NCBI GenBank assembly: GCA_043228905.1
Contig: JBHGNT010000020.1
Span: 7,626,001 to 7,690,000 of the forward strand
DNA from: Azolla caroliniana
Lineage: Eukaryota > Plantae > Polypodiophyta
DNA length: 64,000 bases
Reading direction: 5' to 3'
Below the pieces are notes generated by a model that saw nothing but the letters and a program-made list of their open reading frames with translations, was not told where the DNA came from and did not search any database. Of the stretch, positions 38,501-52,900 are shown piece by piece. Made by a program: the position numbers and the translations under genes. How positions within the stretch are numbered: position 1 is the first letter of the stretch; each line of letters starts with the position of its first letter.

Positions 38501-41500
38501 AAGGTATAAGGCCTGAATCGTGGTGAAGGGCTTCCAGCAGAAGAAAGGAGTGGACTTCGATGAGATCTTTGCCCCAATAGTAAAGATGACATCCATCCGG
38601 ATGGTATTGGGCATAACGGCAAGCATGGACCTCGAGGTAGAGCAACCGGACGTCAAGACGACATTCCTACACGGAGACCTCGAAGATGAGATCTACATGC
38701 ATCAACCAGAAGGATTTGAGAAGAAAGGGAAGGAGCACCTGGTGTGTCGGCTGAAGAAGAGCTTATACGGATTGAAGAAGGCTCCCGGACAATGGTACTA
38801 GAAGTTTGACTCCATGACCGATCAAGGGTACCACAAGACGCAGGCCGATCACTACGTGTTTGTGAAGAAATTTGATGGAGGAGATTTCCTGATATTGCTC
38901 TTGTACGTGGATGACATGTTGATCGTTGGACGAGACCAAGTCAAGATACAGATGCTGAAGAAGGCCCTTAACCAGACCTTCTCAATGAAAGACTTGGGTC
39001 CAACAAGACAGATACTGGGGATGCACATCATCCGGGACCGGTCGAAGAAGCAATTGTGGCTGTCATAGGAAAAGTACGTGACAAAGGTGCTTCAACGGAT
39101 TGACACTCCCGGCAAACTGCAGATTATCCAGAAAGCAAAGCCTGAAGACAAAGGCACAGAAGGCGGATATGATGAAGATTCCATATGCCTCTGCGGTCGG
39201 AAGCTTGATGTATGCAATGGTGTGTACTCGACCAGACATTGGATACGCAGTCGGAGTGGGGAGTCGGTTCATGACCAACCCCGGAAAAGAGCACTGGAAT
39301 GCGGTAAAATGGACATTCCAGTACTTGAAGGGCACTTCGAGTATGTGCCTCAGATTTGGCTCCGGTAAACCCCTCATGGAAGGCTTTACCAATTCGGATA
39401 TGTCGGCTGATGTGGACACCAGTCGGTCAACTTCCAGATATATCATGACCTATGCAGGGGGAGTCGTTTCATGGTAGTCGAGGTTGCAGAAGACGGTTGC
39501 GTTGTCAACCACGGAGGCGGAGTACATGGCAGCCGTGGAAGCCAACAAAGAAATATTATGGATGAAGGACTTGTTAGGAAACAGGTCCCTCCGGATGGGA
39601 AGACCCGGTGAGAACCGGATGATGAGTACCCGACTACGGAAGACCCGGTGAGAACCGGAAGAGGAGTACCCGGAAACGGAAGACCCGGTGAGAACCGGAT
39701 GATGAGTGCCCGACAAGCGCCGGATGAAGGAGTACCCGAAAACGGAAGAACCGGTGAGAACCGGATGATGAGTACCCGGCAAGCGCCAGATGATGCAGGC
39801 CCATTGAGGACTGCTCGCCGGATGAAGGGACATATTCATAAATATGTTTTTGAGAGTCCATCGGGACTATATTTGTAAATAGCCGAAAAGTCATATTAGT
39901 ATAAATATGACTTAGGGCAAACTTTGTATGAAGTTGTTGTCATTCTTGTTGGCGCAAGATCAGAGAGCGCGCAATAGTGTAGAGAGAGAGAGAGAGAGAG
40001 AGGAAGAGGTCGTTGCCTCTGTTGTAACCGCCGCCTGTGGCGAAGATCGTGAGCACGAGATTGTTGCCTCCGAGAGCTCACTATTGTAATCATTGTGATA
40101 TAGTGATAGTTAGCAGTCAGTGGACTGCCGTGGTTTTTCCTTCTCAGGGTTTTCCACGGTACAAATTCGAAGCGGACACCGGACTGGAATGGTAAAGACC
40201 GGAGGGGAACGGATCGGAAGGGAACGACGGCAATCGCGGCAAGTGAGGAAGACTTGATGCTCATCACCGAGGAGAGTGAGATAAACCTTGCCGGCGACGA
40301 GATGACCTGGGTGGTCGACTCCAGAGCGTCGTTGCACCTTACCCCGGACCGGAAATGCTTCTCATCCTACTCAGCCGGTGATCACGGCTATGTCCGGATG
40401 GGGAATGAAGGTACATGCCGAATTGTCGGCATAGGAGACGTGTGGCTGACAACACCAACCGGATGCAAGCTGCTGTTGAATGATGTCTAACATGTTCCGG
40501 AGGTTCGTCTGAACCTGATATCAGCCGGTCGGCTAGACGATGAAGGCTACATGGGTAGCATCCGGAACGGTGTTATGAAGTTTAGCAAAGGGAGCCTGAT
40601 TGTGGCTCGGCCCGGAAGGTAAACACACTGTACCTGATGAATGCCCAGTTATGTCCGGAGGAAGTGAACGTGGCATCCGACACTGCCGGTGAGCTGTGGC
40701 ACAAAAGGCTGTGTCACATGAACGAGAAGCGGATGAAGAGGCTTGCAGACGACAACCTCATTCTAGTGAAGAACGTGCACTTGGAGAAGTGCACTGATTG
40801 TCTGGCCGGTAAGCAAAACTGGACCTCTTTCCAATCAAGGCCGCCAATGAGACGTAATGCACCACTGGAGTTGGTGCATATTGATGTATGTCAAGTGGAC
40901 ACGAAGTCACATGCCGGAGCGTAGTACTTCGTGACGTTCATAGATGACCACATCCGGAAGCTGTGGGCCACACCGTTGAAGACGAAGGATCAGGTGTCAT
41001 CCGTCTTCAAAGAGCTCAACGCGAGAGTGGAAAGAGAAACCGGCCGGAAGCTGAAGGCGGTTCGAGCAGATAACAGAGGTGAATACCGGGGACAGTTTGA
41101 GGAGTACTATCGCTCGAAGGGAATCCGGCTCGAATTTACCGTGCCGAAGATGCCGGAACTAAACGGGTTGGCCGAGAGGATGAACCGGACCATAATGGAG
41201 AGGGTCCGGAGTATGCTAGTGCATGCAAAACTACCCAAGGAGTTTTGGGCTGCGGCGCCGTCGACAGTGACGTATGTGATAAATAGATCACCCTCAGTAC
41301 CCTTGAACGGAGACACGCCACAGAGAGTTTGGACCGGTAAGGAAGTGTCCTACTGGCATCTGAAGGTATTCGGGTGTCTCGCGTATGTGCATGTAGCTAA
41401 GGACCGGAGAGGAAAGTTGGATCCAAAGACCCGGCCATGCATATTCCTCGGTTACGACGACGACGAGTTCGGCTACCGAGTGTGGGACCTGGTCGACAAG

Positions 41501-43809
41501 AAGGTATTCCGGAGTCGAGATATTATCTTCATGGAGGACAAGACGCTCACCGACTGGGAGTCGGAGAAGAAGATAATGAACTCCGAGTCGACCGATAAGG
41601 ATCGACTCTACGATGAGCAGACCTAACCGACAAGAGACCGGTTAGCACTCGTGGAACCAGTCCGTTACGGTGAGGATACCGAACCGGCTGAAGAAGAAGT
41701 AGAGGAAGCTGAAACCGGAACCGGCTAAGACCCCGAATCGGATTCGGATGAAGAGAAACTGGAGGAGCCGGTTACCGAAGCCCAAAGACGGAGATATCCT
41801 CTCAAAGAGAGAAGGGCCCCTTGGAGATTTCCGAATGTAGAGCATGTGTTGATGACCGATGAGGGGGAGCTAGAAAGCCTCGAAGAAGCGAAGCATGACA
41901 CCCATAGCCGCAAATGGTTAAGTGCCATGCAGGGTGAGATGGATTCCTTGCATGAGAACCATACGTACAAATTGGTGGAGTTGGCGAAAGGAAAGTGGGC
42001 ACTCCGAAACAAGTGGGTGTACAAGTTGAAACCGGGAGATGCCGGAAACCCCCCGAGATACAAAGCCAGGATCGTGGTGAAGGGGTTCCAATAGAAGAAG
42101 GGCGTGGACTTCGACGAGATATTTGCCCCGGTAGTAAAGATGACCTCCATCCGAACGGTGCTGAGTATAACGGCAAGCATGGAGCTCGAGGTAGAGCAGC
42201 TGGACGTGAAGACGACATTCCTTCACGGTGACCTTGAAGAGGAGATCTACATGCAGCAACCGGAAAGATTCGTGGAGAAAGGGAAGGAGCACCTGGTGTG
42301 CCGGTTGAAGAAGAGCATGTACGGACTGAAGCAGGCTCCCCGACAATGGTACCGGAAGTTCGACTCCTTCATGATTAATCAAGGGTACCACAAGACGCAG
42401 GCCGATCACTACGTGTTTGTGAAGAAGTTCGAAGGAGGCGACTTCCTGATACTCCTTTTGTACGTGGACGACATGTTGATCATCGGACGTTACCAAGCCA
42501 AAATACAGATGCTAAAGAAGGCTCTCAACCGAATCTTCTCAATGAAAGACTTGGGTCCCGCAAGACAAATGCTGGGGATGCATATCATCCGGAACCGGCC
42601 AACGAAGCAACTGTGGCTGTCACAGGAGAAGTACGTGACAAAGGTGCTTCAGCGGTTCAACATGTTAGAAGCGAAACCGGTCGGATCGATACTCCCGGCA
42701 AACTGCAGATTATCCGGTAAGCAAAGCCCGAAGACAAAAGCAAAGAAGGCTGATATGATGAAGGTTCCATATGCCTCTGCCGTCGGGAGCTTAATGTACG
42801 CAATGGTGTGTACCCGACCAAATATAGGATACGCAGTCGGAGTGGTGAGCCGGTTTATGAGCAATCCCGGCAAGGAGCACTGGAACACGGTCAAATGGAT
42901 ACTTCGGTACTTGAAGGGCACTTCAAATGTGTGTCTCCGATTCGGCTCCGGTGGATACCAGCCGGTCTACTTCCGGGTATGTAATGACATATGCAGGGGG
43001 GGCTGTTTCGTGGCAGTCGAGGTTGCAGAAGACGGTTGCGTTGTCAACCACGGGGGCGAAGTACATGGCGGCTGTGGTAGCCGGCAAGGAAATATTATGG
43101 ATGAAGGACTTCATCGAAGAGCTCGTTATCCGGCAAGATGAATATCGGCTCTATTACGACAGTCAAAGTGCCATCCACCTTGCTAAGAATGCGGCCTACC
43201 ATTCCCGGACGAAGCATATCCAGTGTAGGTATCACTAGATCCGGGAAAGAGTAGAGGACCAGGAGTTCGCGCTGACGAAGATCCACACAGCCGAGAATGG
43301 GTCAAATATGCTGACCAAAATGCTGATACCCAACAAGCTGGAAGCATGCCGGAAGCGTATCGGACTAGTAAGGCATCCCATGCCGGAGTGAAGGGGGAGT
43401 TTGTTAGGAAACAGGTCCCTCCGGATGGGAAGACCCGGTGAGAACCGGATGATGAGTACCCGACTACGGAAGACCCGGTGAGAACCGGAAGAGGAGTACC
43501 CGGAAACGGAAGACCCGGTGAGAACCGAATGATGAGTGCCCGGCAAGCGCCAGATGAAGGAGTACCCGAAAACGGAAGACCCGGTGAGAACCGGATGATG
43601 AGTACCCGGCAAGCGCCGGATGATGCAGGCCCGGTGAGGACTGATCGCCGGATGAAGGGACATATTCGTAAATATGTTTTTGAGAGTCCATCGGGACTAT
43701 ATTTGTAAATAGCCGAAAAGTCATATTAGTATAAATATGACTTAGGGCAAACTTTGTATGAAGTTGTTGTCATTCTTGTTGGCGCAAGATCTGAGAGCGC
43801 GCAACAGTG

Positions 43810-43845
<36 letters not shown>

Positions 43846-44967
43846 GAGGTTGTTGCCTTTGTTGTAACCGCCACCTGTGGCGAAGATCGTGAGCACGAGG
43901 TTGTTGCCTCCATGAGCTCACTGTTGTAGTCATTGTGATATAGTGATAGTTAGCAGTCAGTGGACTGCCGTGGTTTTTCCCTCTCAGGGTTTTCCACGTT
44001 AAACATCCTGTGTACTCTTCTCTCCTTTGTGTCGTGCATTTCTTTTCCCGTTTTCTGTGTATGATTCTAAGCTCGGTTGTGGCCGAGCGTTGCGCATAGG
44101 GAACGTGGAGTTCCTATCAGGACTTCATCGGAGAGCTAGGGATCCGGCAAGAGGAATACCGGCTCTACTACGACAGTCAAAGTGCCATCCATCTTGCAAA
44201 GAACGCAACCTACCATTCCAAAACAAAGCACATCCAACGCAAGTACCACTGGATCCGAGAGCGAGTTGAAGATCAAGAGTTCGTGCTGACGAAGATCCAC
44301 ACGGAGGAGAATGGGTCGGATATGCTGACCAAGGTGCTGACACTTGACAAGCTGGACGCATGCCGGAAGCAGATCAGACTTACAAGACATCCCATACCGG
44401 AGTGAAGGGGGAGATTGTTGGGAAATCGGTCTCTCCGGATGGGATCCGGTGATTAATAAAGAGGAGCCGGTGAGATCCGGAAGAGATCCGGAAACCTGAT
44501 CGGTGGACCCGGTGAGAACCGGAAGAGAGGATAGATTTGTAAATATGTCTTGAATAAGCCCATTGAGGCGATATTTGTAAATAGCCCTAAGTTCATACAA
44601 TCACTCTGTAGCGAGAGTTGTAGTTGTCAGATTATGTTGTAGATTGTATGCGTTGCATATTGTCGTAACTGTTGTACAGAGAGAGAGAAAGATAGAGTGA
44701 GTCTCTGTTGTAACCGCCGCCAGGCGAAGATTGTGAGCACAAGATCATTGCCTCTATGTTCCCCTGTTGTATTCCTCTAAGACATTGTGATAGTTTGGAG
44801 CTTGTGGGCTCCCATGGTTTTTCCCGTTTAGGGTTTTCCATTTAAACATCTTGTGCAGTCTCTCTTGTTTCTTGTTGTCTATGTGTACGTGTATTTATCC
44901 TCCGCTCCCATTCTTGGTGTCTGATTCGAAATGAAATGATCTAAGACTTGGTTGTGGCCGAGCAACA
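35270..44967 (+). mobile_element. Copia element B inserted in the RT of element A
   Basis: LTRs 35270-35830 and 44416-44967; PBS TGGTATCAAAGC at 35834; TSD ATATT; gag 35859-36582, integrase 37002-38069, RT/RH to about 44400. Confidence 0.93.
39572..44119 (+). mobile_element. Copia element C inserted in the RNase H of element B; PBS and gag deleted
   Basis: LTRs 39572 to about 40158 (truncated) and 43402-44119; TSD GGACT; integrase 40931-41626, RT 42104-43141; LTRs contain CCGG-rich tandem repeats. Confidence 0.92.
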
Positions 44968-46846
44968 ATATTCGCACCAGTCGTGAAGATGACATCCATT
45001 CGATCTATTTTGAGTATAGCGGCCAATATGGACCTAGAGATCGAACAGTTGGATGTCAAAACCGCATTCTTACACGGGGATCTAGAAGAAGAAATCTACA
45101 TGCAGCAACCCGAAGGCTTTCAGGAGAAACGGAAAGAGAACTTGGTGTGTTGACTGAAGAAAAGCTTGTACGGTCTGAAACAAGCTCCACGCCAATGGGA
45201 CAAGAAGTTCGAGTCCTTCATGATGGAACACCGGTTCCAGAAAACACAGGCCGATCACTATGTGTTCGTCAAAAGGTACGAAGAAGGAGACTTCTTGATT
45301 CTCTTGTTATATGTTGATGACATGTTGATAGTCCGTCAAGACACAAGGAAGATCGGAAGCTTGAAGAAAGCTCTAGGTAGGTCGTTTGCCATGAAAAACC
45401 TTGGACCGGCTAAACAGATCTTAGGAATGCACATAGTTCGAGACAGAACTCAAAAGGTGCTATGGTTGTCACAACAAAAGTATGTGACGAAGATCCTAGA
45501 AAGGTTCAACATGTCAGATGCAAAGCCGGTCGGCTCGGTGTTGCCGACAAATTGCAGGTTGAATGCGAAGCAATGCCCGAAAGGGGAGAAGGAGAAGGCC
45601 AAGATGAGGATGGTACCATATGCCTCAGCCATCGGCAGTCTAATGTATCCTATGTTCTGTACAAGACGAGACATAGCATTTGTTGTGGGAGCAGTAAGCC
45701 GATATATGAGTAATCCAGGAAGACAACACTGGGCAACAGTGAAGTGGATACTCAAGTACTTAAAATGCACCTCAGGGGTGTGCCTAGGGTATGATGTCAG
45801 AAAACCTCTCTTGGAAGGTTTTACCCACTCGGACATGTCGGGAGATGTAGACTCAAGAAGATCCACGTCGGGGTACATGATGACCTATGGAGGGGGAGCA
45901 ATGTCGTGGCAATCATGACTGCAGAAGTCTGTAGCCTTCTCGACTACAGAGGTAGAGTATATGGCAGCGATAGAGGCCGGCAAAGAGCTGATCTGGATGA
46001 GAAATTTTCTCAACGAGCTAGGGATGAAGCAAAAAGAGTTCTTGCTTCACTGTGACAACCAGAGTACCATACATCTTGCCAAGAATGTTGCATATCACTC
46101 CCAGACCAAACACATACAGAGAAGGTATCACTAGTTGCGGGAGAAAGTCGAAGAAGGAGCCTTTACACTTCTGAAGATTCACACTGATAACAATGGATCC
46201 GACATGCTCACGAAGAACCTAGGATCCGACATGCTCACGAAGAACCTACCTATGGACAGACTTAGAGTCTGTCGACAGAAGATAGGATTGACTGACTCCG
46301 TCCCACAGGAGTGAAGGGGGAGTTTGCTGGGGATATGTCCCTCCAGTGGGAGGAACCGACTGTTCTGAAATAGCTGACAACCGACAATAGAGAGTCGATT
46401 ATTTAAACAAATTATTATTATTATTATAGAAATAATAATAGTAATGATATGTAGTAGTGGCTACAATTGTAAATAGTCCACACGATGTATCAATATATAT
46501 ATACATCTAGGGCAAACATAGTGAAGCGATGACAATAGAAGTGTGTGTAAGAGAGACGCGTGAGAGAGAGAGAGAGAGGAGAGAAAGAGAGCAACGCCAT
46601 AGTTGTGTGCGTAACAGCAGACACCAAGAAGCCTGTGAGGGTATACACTCAGAAAGAGTGTTGTAATCTCTGCCTTGTACATTCACTATATATAGTGAAG
46701 TTTTTGCTCTCCCATCGTTTTCTCTCGTTTTTAGGGTTTCCACGTAAATATTTGTGTATTGTGTCATCGTGTGCCAGTGTAGTGTATTTTCAGCATCGTT
46801 TGATCTTGTGGTTTTACGAATCAATTGTCAGCAACAGATTGATACC

Positions 46847-49800
46847 TGTAAAAGAATACGATTGTGGAAGCTAAGACAAAATCGGCTCATCCGGATAGCT
46901 AAAGAATATAGACACGGGTTTAATGGAAAGCTTACACGGGAGAGACAGAGAGAGAAGTACAATAAACTCAATTTCAAAATAATAACACTCTGTACATATA
47001 ATGTGCTCAATGAGTACTTTTATACAAGTCCATGAAAGGACTGACCGAAGTACTGACATGTACTTCAATGCTCATACCTGCGACTAACACTGACTCCCAA
47101 AAATATGCCTACGTACTAGGCTAGATTCGTAGGCCTCTAGCGGCCTACCGGTTCATCCTGATCCGGATTACAATCCGGCTCTCTGATCCGGCTCTTGGTT
47201 CCAGTCACCGATTTGGACATCGATCCGGTTCTTCAATACGGATACCGATCCGGCTTTGGCTTATTCAGCCGATCTGGATCCGGTTGAGCTTGTCCACTCA
47301 ACACTCCCCCTCAAGCTCAACTTGAGGTCAGATTGCAATTTCAGTGTCTGTGGTAGCCGATCCTTAGCTCCGGCTCCCCATAGCATCCTCCCGCTTGGCT
47401 CGTGCTCCTCGTCTGGTTCGGTTCAGTTTCCCACGACGTGTTCGGTTCCGTGCATCGACCTACTCGGTTGGCTTGTCTACTCCTTCGGCCTTTATCAGTT
47501 CCCTTGTTGTCGCGGTGTTGGCGCTTCACGACCCATCGGTTCCTCCGTATCAACGTTGTCTTCTTCTGTTGCCCTTTCGTACGCTTGGCCCATCGTAGAT
47601 TCGGCTCCTCCAATTCAATTATTTCAAATGAATCGAGTGACCCTAATTCACTTCTGCTCCTGACCGAATCGGCTGTCTTCGATTCTCAGACCTTTCACGA
47701 CATCAGCCCACGTCTGTGTCTTGGTCTTTTCGTCTTTGCCTCCCCCTTTTTCGGTTGTCTCTAGTGTGGTCTTTCTTTGTGGTCGCTCCCACTGTGTTTG
47801 GCCAACCTCCAATTGTCTGATCTATCAGCACATGTCCATCCGCCCTCGGCTTCTTCAGCCAATCCGTCCACTCTGACTTCTTCAGTCGGGCCAGAATTGA
47901 ATTCGGTATCCGATTCGGCTTTCCAGACATCTTCTTTCTCGGCTTGATTCTGTGGTTCGTTTTGATCATCTCTCCCCTTTTTATTCCTCCCCCTCAAGTT
48001 CGGAATATCGAGGCGTTGCACACCAAGCATGACCGAAAAATGTCGTAACTTGTCAAGACCCAAGGGTTTGGTGAATATGTCAACAAGCTGCCGATCCGTC
48101 GGAACATACAACAGTTCCACTTCACTGGAGAGGACACATTCACAGACAAAATGGTAGTGCACCTCAATGTGTTTGGTCCGGTTGTGAAAGACGGGGTTCT
48201 TCGCCAATTGGATGTTATTGAGGTTGTCGCAGTAGATCGCTATCGGATCGGATACCTCCACATGCAGATCTTTAGGAGCCTAGTGAGGCATATGGCTTCG
48301 CATGTCGTGACAGCCGCTCCTCGGTGCTCGATAGTGTTATTGTCGATTGCTTGTTACTGCTCCAAGTGACCGCAACGCTTCCAAGTGAAAACGCATATGC
48401 GGATATAGACCTGCAGTCACTAGCATTTCCGGCCCAATCGGCATCTGTCTAGTCGACAAGCTGTCTAGCTACACCGGTCTGATACATCAACCCCCTGTCC
48501 TTAGTACTGCTAACATACCTAAGTATTTGGTGCGCGCACTGAAGGTGCTCCACAGTCGGATGCGCCATGAATTGACTAATCAATTCAACCGGATAGTTGA
48601 GGTTCAGCCAGGTGATGGTCAAATATATAAGGCTTCCGACTATCTGTTAGAACCTTTTCGGGTCACATGCCATTCTGGAGTTGGGGCGAAGCTTCACAAT
48701 CCGGGCTAGAGGAGTTGAGATGGATTTGCATTTCGTCATACCGAATTTGAAGAGCATACTCAACACATAATGTCGTTGGCTGATCAGTATGCCTTCAGGG
48801 TTGCCGATCACTTTGATCCCGAGGAAGTAATGAAGGTCACCGAGATCCTTCATTTCAAATGATGGCGTGAGCTGGGATTTGATGTGGCCGATTTCATCCA
48901 GGTCCTTGTCGGTGATTACAAGATCATCCACATAGAGTAATATACTCACCGGCTCGTTCCGACCCGAGATGTGTGAACCGGACCTGCATCCCTTGGTCGA
49001 CAATCTGTTCAACTGACAGAAGATTCTTTGTGATTGTCAGGACTTGCAAGACGTTCATTAGATTTCCCTTCTCCCTGACATGGTTGAGGGGAACCTCTAT
49101 GATGTGCTCGATGGTATGCGGGGTGTCGTCTCCGGTTTCAACCGCCCCCAGTTGTTCCGGTTTTTCTAGATAAGCAAACCACTCCGTGTGGCTTGTCATA
49201 TGGTTTGATGCTCCGGAATCGATGTACCATACTTCTTTCGGTTTTGAGGTGTTTTTCTTCATCGAGTTAGCCTTGTGTTTCATCACAAAGGCTGGGCCCG
49301 AACCATTTTCGGAAGTGGATCCTTTCGGTCCTTCCACGTACTGCGAGATTTGACGACTTCCCCGTCCAGCCTTGCAGATCCGAATGTGTCCGATTTGGCA
49401 CGTTTTTTCTAGCACTCGCTCTCTGTGTGGCCCTTCCAGTCACAGTAGCAACATTTCGTCGCGGTCTTCTCTCACCGGCTCCCGGCACCACCTTGACTCT
49501 CCCTATTTCTGGAGGGTCCAGAATTGTTGTCGGTATCATCCTTGTGCCTATGGTTCAACTCTCGCCGGTTACTTCCACCGCGTGCCAATCTGCCTCGTCC
49601 GCCACGACCCCGAGGTCTCTTCGCATCTGTGTACAACATCTTGTTGTCGGTGTGTGTGCTCGTCGATGCACCCGCATGGTTCTCCTCTACTAGGAGCATT
49701 GACTATAAGTCAAAAAATGAGGGTGTATTCTCCCATGTACAGACCGCCATCCGGAGTGCTCCGAACTTTAATGCCAGGTCCCCCAAGACAAACCTGTGCC

Positions 49801-50776
49801 ATCTCATCTTCCTCGACGTTCATATTGATAGAGGCAAGTGAGTCGCAGATGTCTTTGATCCAGTCTGTATAGTCGGTCACCAACATGTCCTTCTATTGGA
49901 CATTGCTCAACTCATGTCGGAGTTGTAGCTTCCGGGCCGTGGTGCTTGCGGTGAAGACCTTCTTTAGGTTTCCCCAAGCTTCCTTTGGTGTCTTGGCGTC
50001 CCGGATATGGCTCAACAGCTGATCGCCGACATTGGATGCAAAGCAATACATAACTCTGCTTGCCGCTTGCTCCCAAGTCGGGAAGTCCCTATGTGCTGCA
50101 TCAGGTGCCGTATCGTTGGCTCCATCGACATAACTCCAGTAGCCATGCCCAAGCAGGTACTGTTGCATCTTGTACGACCAAGATGCGTAGTTGGATCTAT
50201 CGAGCTTCACCGTTGGGAGCGAGCGTGCCATCCCTCGGTCCATATTTTTCTTCTGTCTATTCTTTACCGGGTGTTAGGGTTTGTCTTCAAAAAAAGTTTG
50301 TCAACTGCAGAGGTTCCCAACCCTTGCGCTCTGATACCATGTAAAAGAATACGATTGCGGAAGCTAAGACAAAACCGGCTCGTCCGGATAGCTAAAGAAT
50401 ATAGACACATGTTTAATGGAAACCTTACACAGGAGAGACAGAGAGAGCAGAACAGTAAACTCAATTTCAAAATAATAACACTCTGTACATGTACAATGTG
50501 CTTAGTGAGCACTTTTATACAACTCCATGAAAGGACTGACAAAAATACTTACATGTACTTCACTGCTCATATGAGTGATTGACACTGACTCCCAAACGTA
50601 CTAGGCTAGATTCGTAGGCCTCTAACGGCCTACCGGTTTATCTTGATCTGGATTACAATCCGGCTCTCTGATTCAGCTGTTTGTTCCGGTCACCGATCCA
50701 GTTCTTCAATCCAGAAACCGATCTGGCTCTGGCTTATTCAGCCGATTCGGATCCGGTTGAGCTTGTCCACTCAACA
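46847..50776 (-). mobile_element. Internally deleted copia element (same family as 1-1396)
   Basis: LTRs 46847-47303 and 50340-50776; PBS 50328-50339; PPT 47304-47315; flanks ATACC/ATACA; gag 49893-50243; integrase and most of RT missing at a junction near 48960. Confidence 0.9.
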
Positions 50777-51388
50777 ATACATGTATCACACATTCTCAAA
50801 GATTCTATGGAAATGCTTAAAATTCCAACTTTTCATAAAATGAAAAAACACAAAAAGTGGGCAATTACTAAACGTTACATTGTCACTTTTATTGTAAAAT
50901 TTACAACTAATGTTTTATTTAGAGAAACGATATTCGCAAGAAGTGAAAGATTTCAAAACAATAAACGTTTATATCATTCGAGTTGTTACAAGCATAATTT
51001 GGTTACATTCTATTGCCAAAAATACATTCAGGAGTTAACTTTGTCAATATTGTTAGTCCTTTATTGAGAATCACTACTATAGCTAATATACAATGAGGAT
51101 TCTTTCTCGTCATCTTCAGATGTACCAATCAATGCATTCTCTTCATCATAAACCACTCCAAATTATGTGCATAAGATCTCTTTCGCCTTTAATTCAAGTC
51201 ACCTTATAGACCTCGTAATGTTTCGTTCATTATATCTATCGTTGACTTCCTTAAACATCCAGCTTTTGTCAGTGTAAAGTCGTACACAATGATATCCACA
51301 TCAGTAATGTCAAGGGTTGATGTGTTACAAATATTTCTTTCCCTCTTTCTATTTCCTCTTGATGTTGGGCATTCCATCATCTCCAATG

Positions 51389-51629
51389 CATAGTATGAAC
51401 CATACGTGCCATACGTGCATTCACATTTGTGAATGATTCAATCATTACAGCATGTTAAACACCCTAGAAGAATGGTAAATACCATACTTTTGGATTAACT
51501 ATTTATTATGAGGTAACTAAACATAAAAATGGGGAAAAAACACAAGAATGTTTGAATAACATTCCCATTCATTTTCCAATGTAGGAAAACGAATGTTATG
51601 CTAGACGAACACGAATTTTATGTACTATG
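51389..51629. mobile_element. 241-bp hAT-like MITE
   Basis: Termini CATAGTA...TACTATG; 8-bp TSD CTCCAATG at 51381-51388 and 51630-51637; absent from the paralogous transposase at about 16010. Confidence 0.8.
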
Positions 51630-51789
51630 CTCCAATGTATACTTGCATGTAAGTTCATTTTTGCTTCTAGTGTTGTACCAATGCACCTTTATAGACTTGA
51701 TTAGATTTTGGTTTTCATGCATCACCACTTCCAAAACATTACCAATCAAGAATCGGTGGACTAAGTCATTGGCATCTACAAGTACATCC

Positions 51790-52567
51790 TGTTGGGAGAC
51801 AGGTCCCTCCGGATGGGAAGGGAGAAGAACAGTGCCGATGAACAAACTCGGCCGAGGCCGATAGGCCTCGGCCGAAACGGTATGAGGAGTACCTGGCTAC
51901 GGAGAGCCGGATGATACAGGCCCGGTGTGAACCGGATGAGGAGTACCCGGCTACGGAGAGCCGGATGATACAAGCCCGGTGTGAACCGGATGAGTAGTAC
52001 CCGGCTACGGAGAGCCGGATGGTGCAGGCCCGGTGTGAACCGGATGAGGAGTACCCGGCTACGGAGAGCCGGATGGTGCAGAACCGGTATGAACCGGAGG
52101 AAGAGACATATTCGTAAATATGTTTCTGAGAGCCCATTGTGACTACATTTGTAAATAGCCGAAAAGTCATATTAGTATAAATATGACTTAGGGCAAACTT
52201 TTAGTGTTGTTAGTTGCTGTTAATTTTCTTTTTCTTTGTTGGTGCAAGAAGAAGAGAGAGTGCGTAACTGTACAGAGAGAGAGAGAGAGAATGAGGTTGT
52301 TGCCTCTGTTGTAACCGCCGCCTGTGGCGAAGATCGTGAGTCCGAGGTCGTTGCCTCCGTGTACTCACTGTTTTGTACATTCATACATAGTGACAGTTTG
52401 CAGCCTGTGGGCTGCCGTGGTTTTTCCCCTAGTTTGGGGTTTTCCACGTTAACCTCCTGTGTACCATTTCTCTTCTTTGGGTCGTGTTCTATTTCCCGTT
52501 TTCTGTGTATGAAAAGAATCTCGGTTGTGGCCGAGTCTTGCGCATAAGGAACGACAAGTTCCTGTCA
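51790..52567 (+). mobile_element. Solo LTR related to copia C
   Basis: TGTTGGGAGACAGGTCCCTCCGGATGGG...CCTGTCA; TSD CATCC; ~57-bp CCGG-rich tandem repeats. Confidence 0.9.
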
Positions 52568-52900
52568 CATCCCAGGCGTCAACTCTTGTAAGTTACCTTG
52601 CCACCTAGCTTTAGCTGCTTTGGTCATCCTTGGTCCCACATAAATGTCTCTTTGTTGTGGATGGACCAAACTATCATTAATCGCATTAGGTGCATGGTGT
52701 GGCGATTGAGAACCACAAGAGTGTTGTATAGACCATCTGAACGGCATCTACAAAGTCCAATTGCCATCTACACAGTTCTCAATAATTCCTTTCTAATCAC
52801 TAAAGAACACATCCCACCATGACGTATCTTGTTGTGCAACATATTTCTTTGCAGCATCAATAGGCTTCTTTTTCTGTTAATGCTTGAATCCATAAGTTTC

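Larger units (their letters stand above)
32081..46833 (+). mobile_element. Copia element A (outer member of the triple nest)
   Basis: LTRs 32081-32603 and 46325-46833; PBS TGGTATCAGAGC at 32607; TSD ACAGA; decayed gag-pol at 32644-35269 and 44973-46310. Confidence 0.93.

Noticed and set aside
39450-39894. Repetitive ORFs in copia LTRs (also 43235-43724 and 51766-52170)
   Set aside because: By-products of stop-poor tandem repeats in LTR U3 regions.
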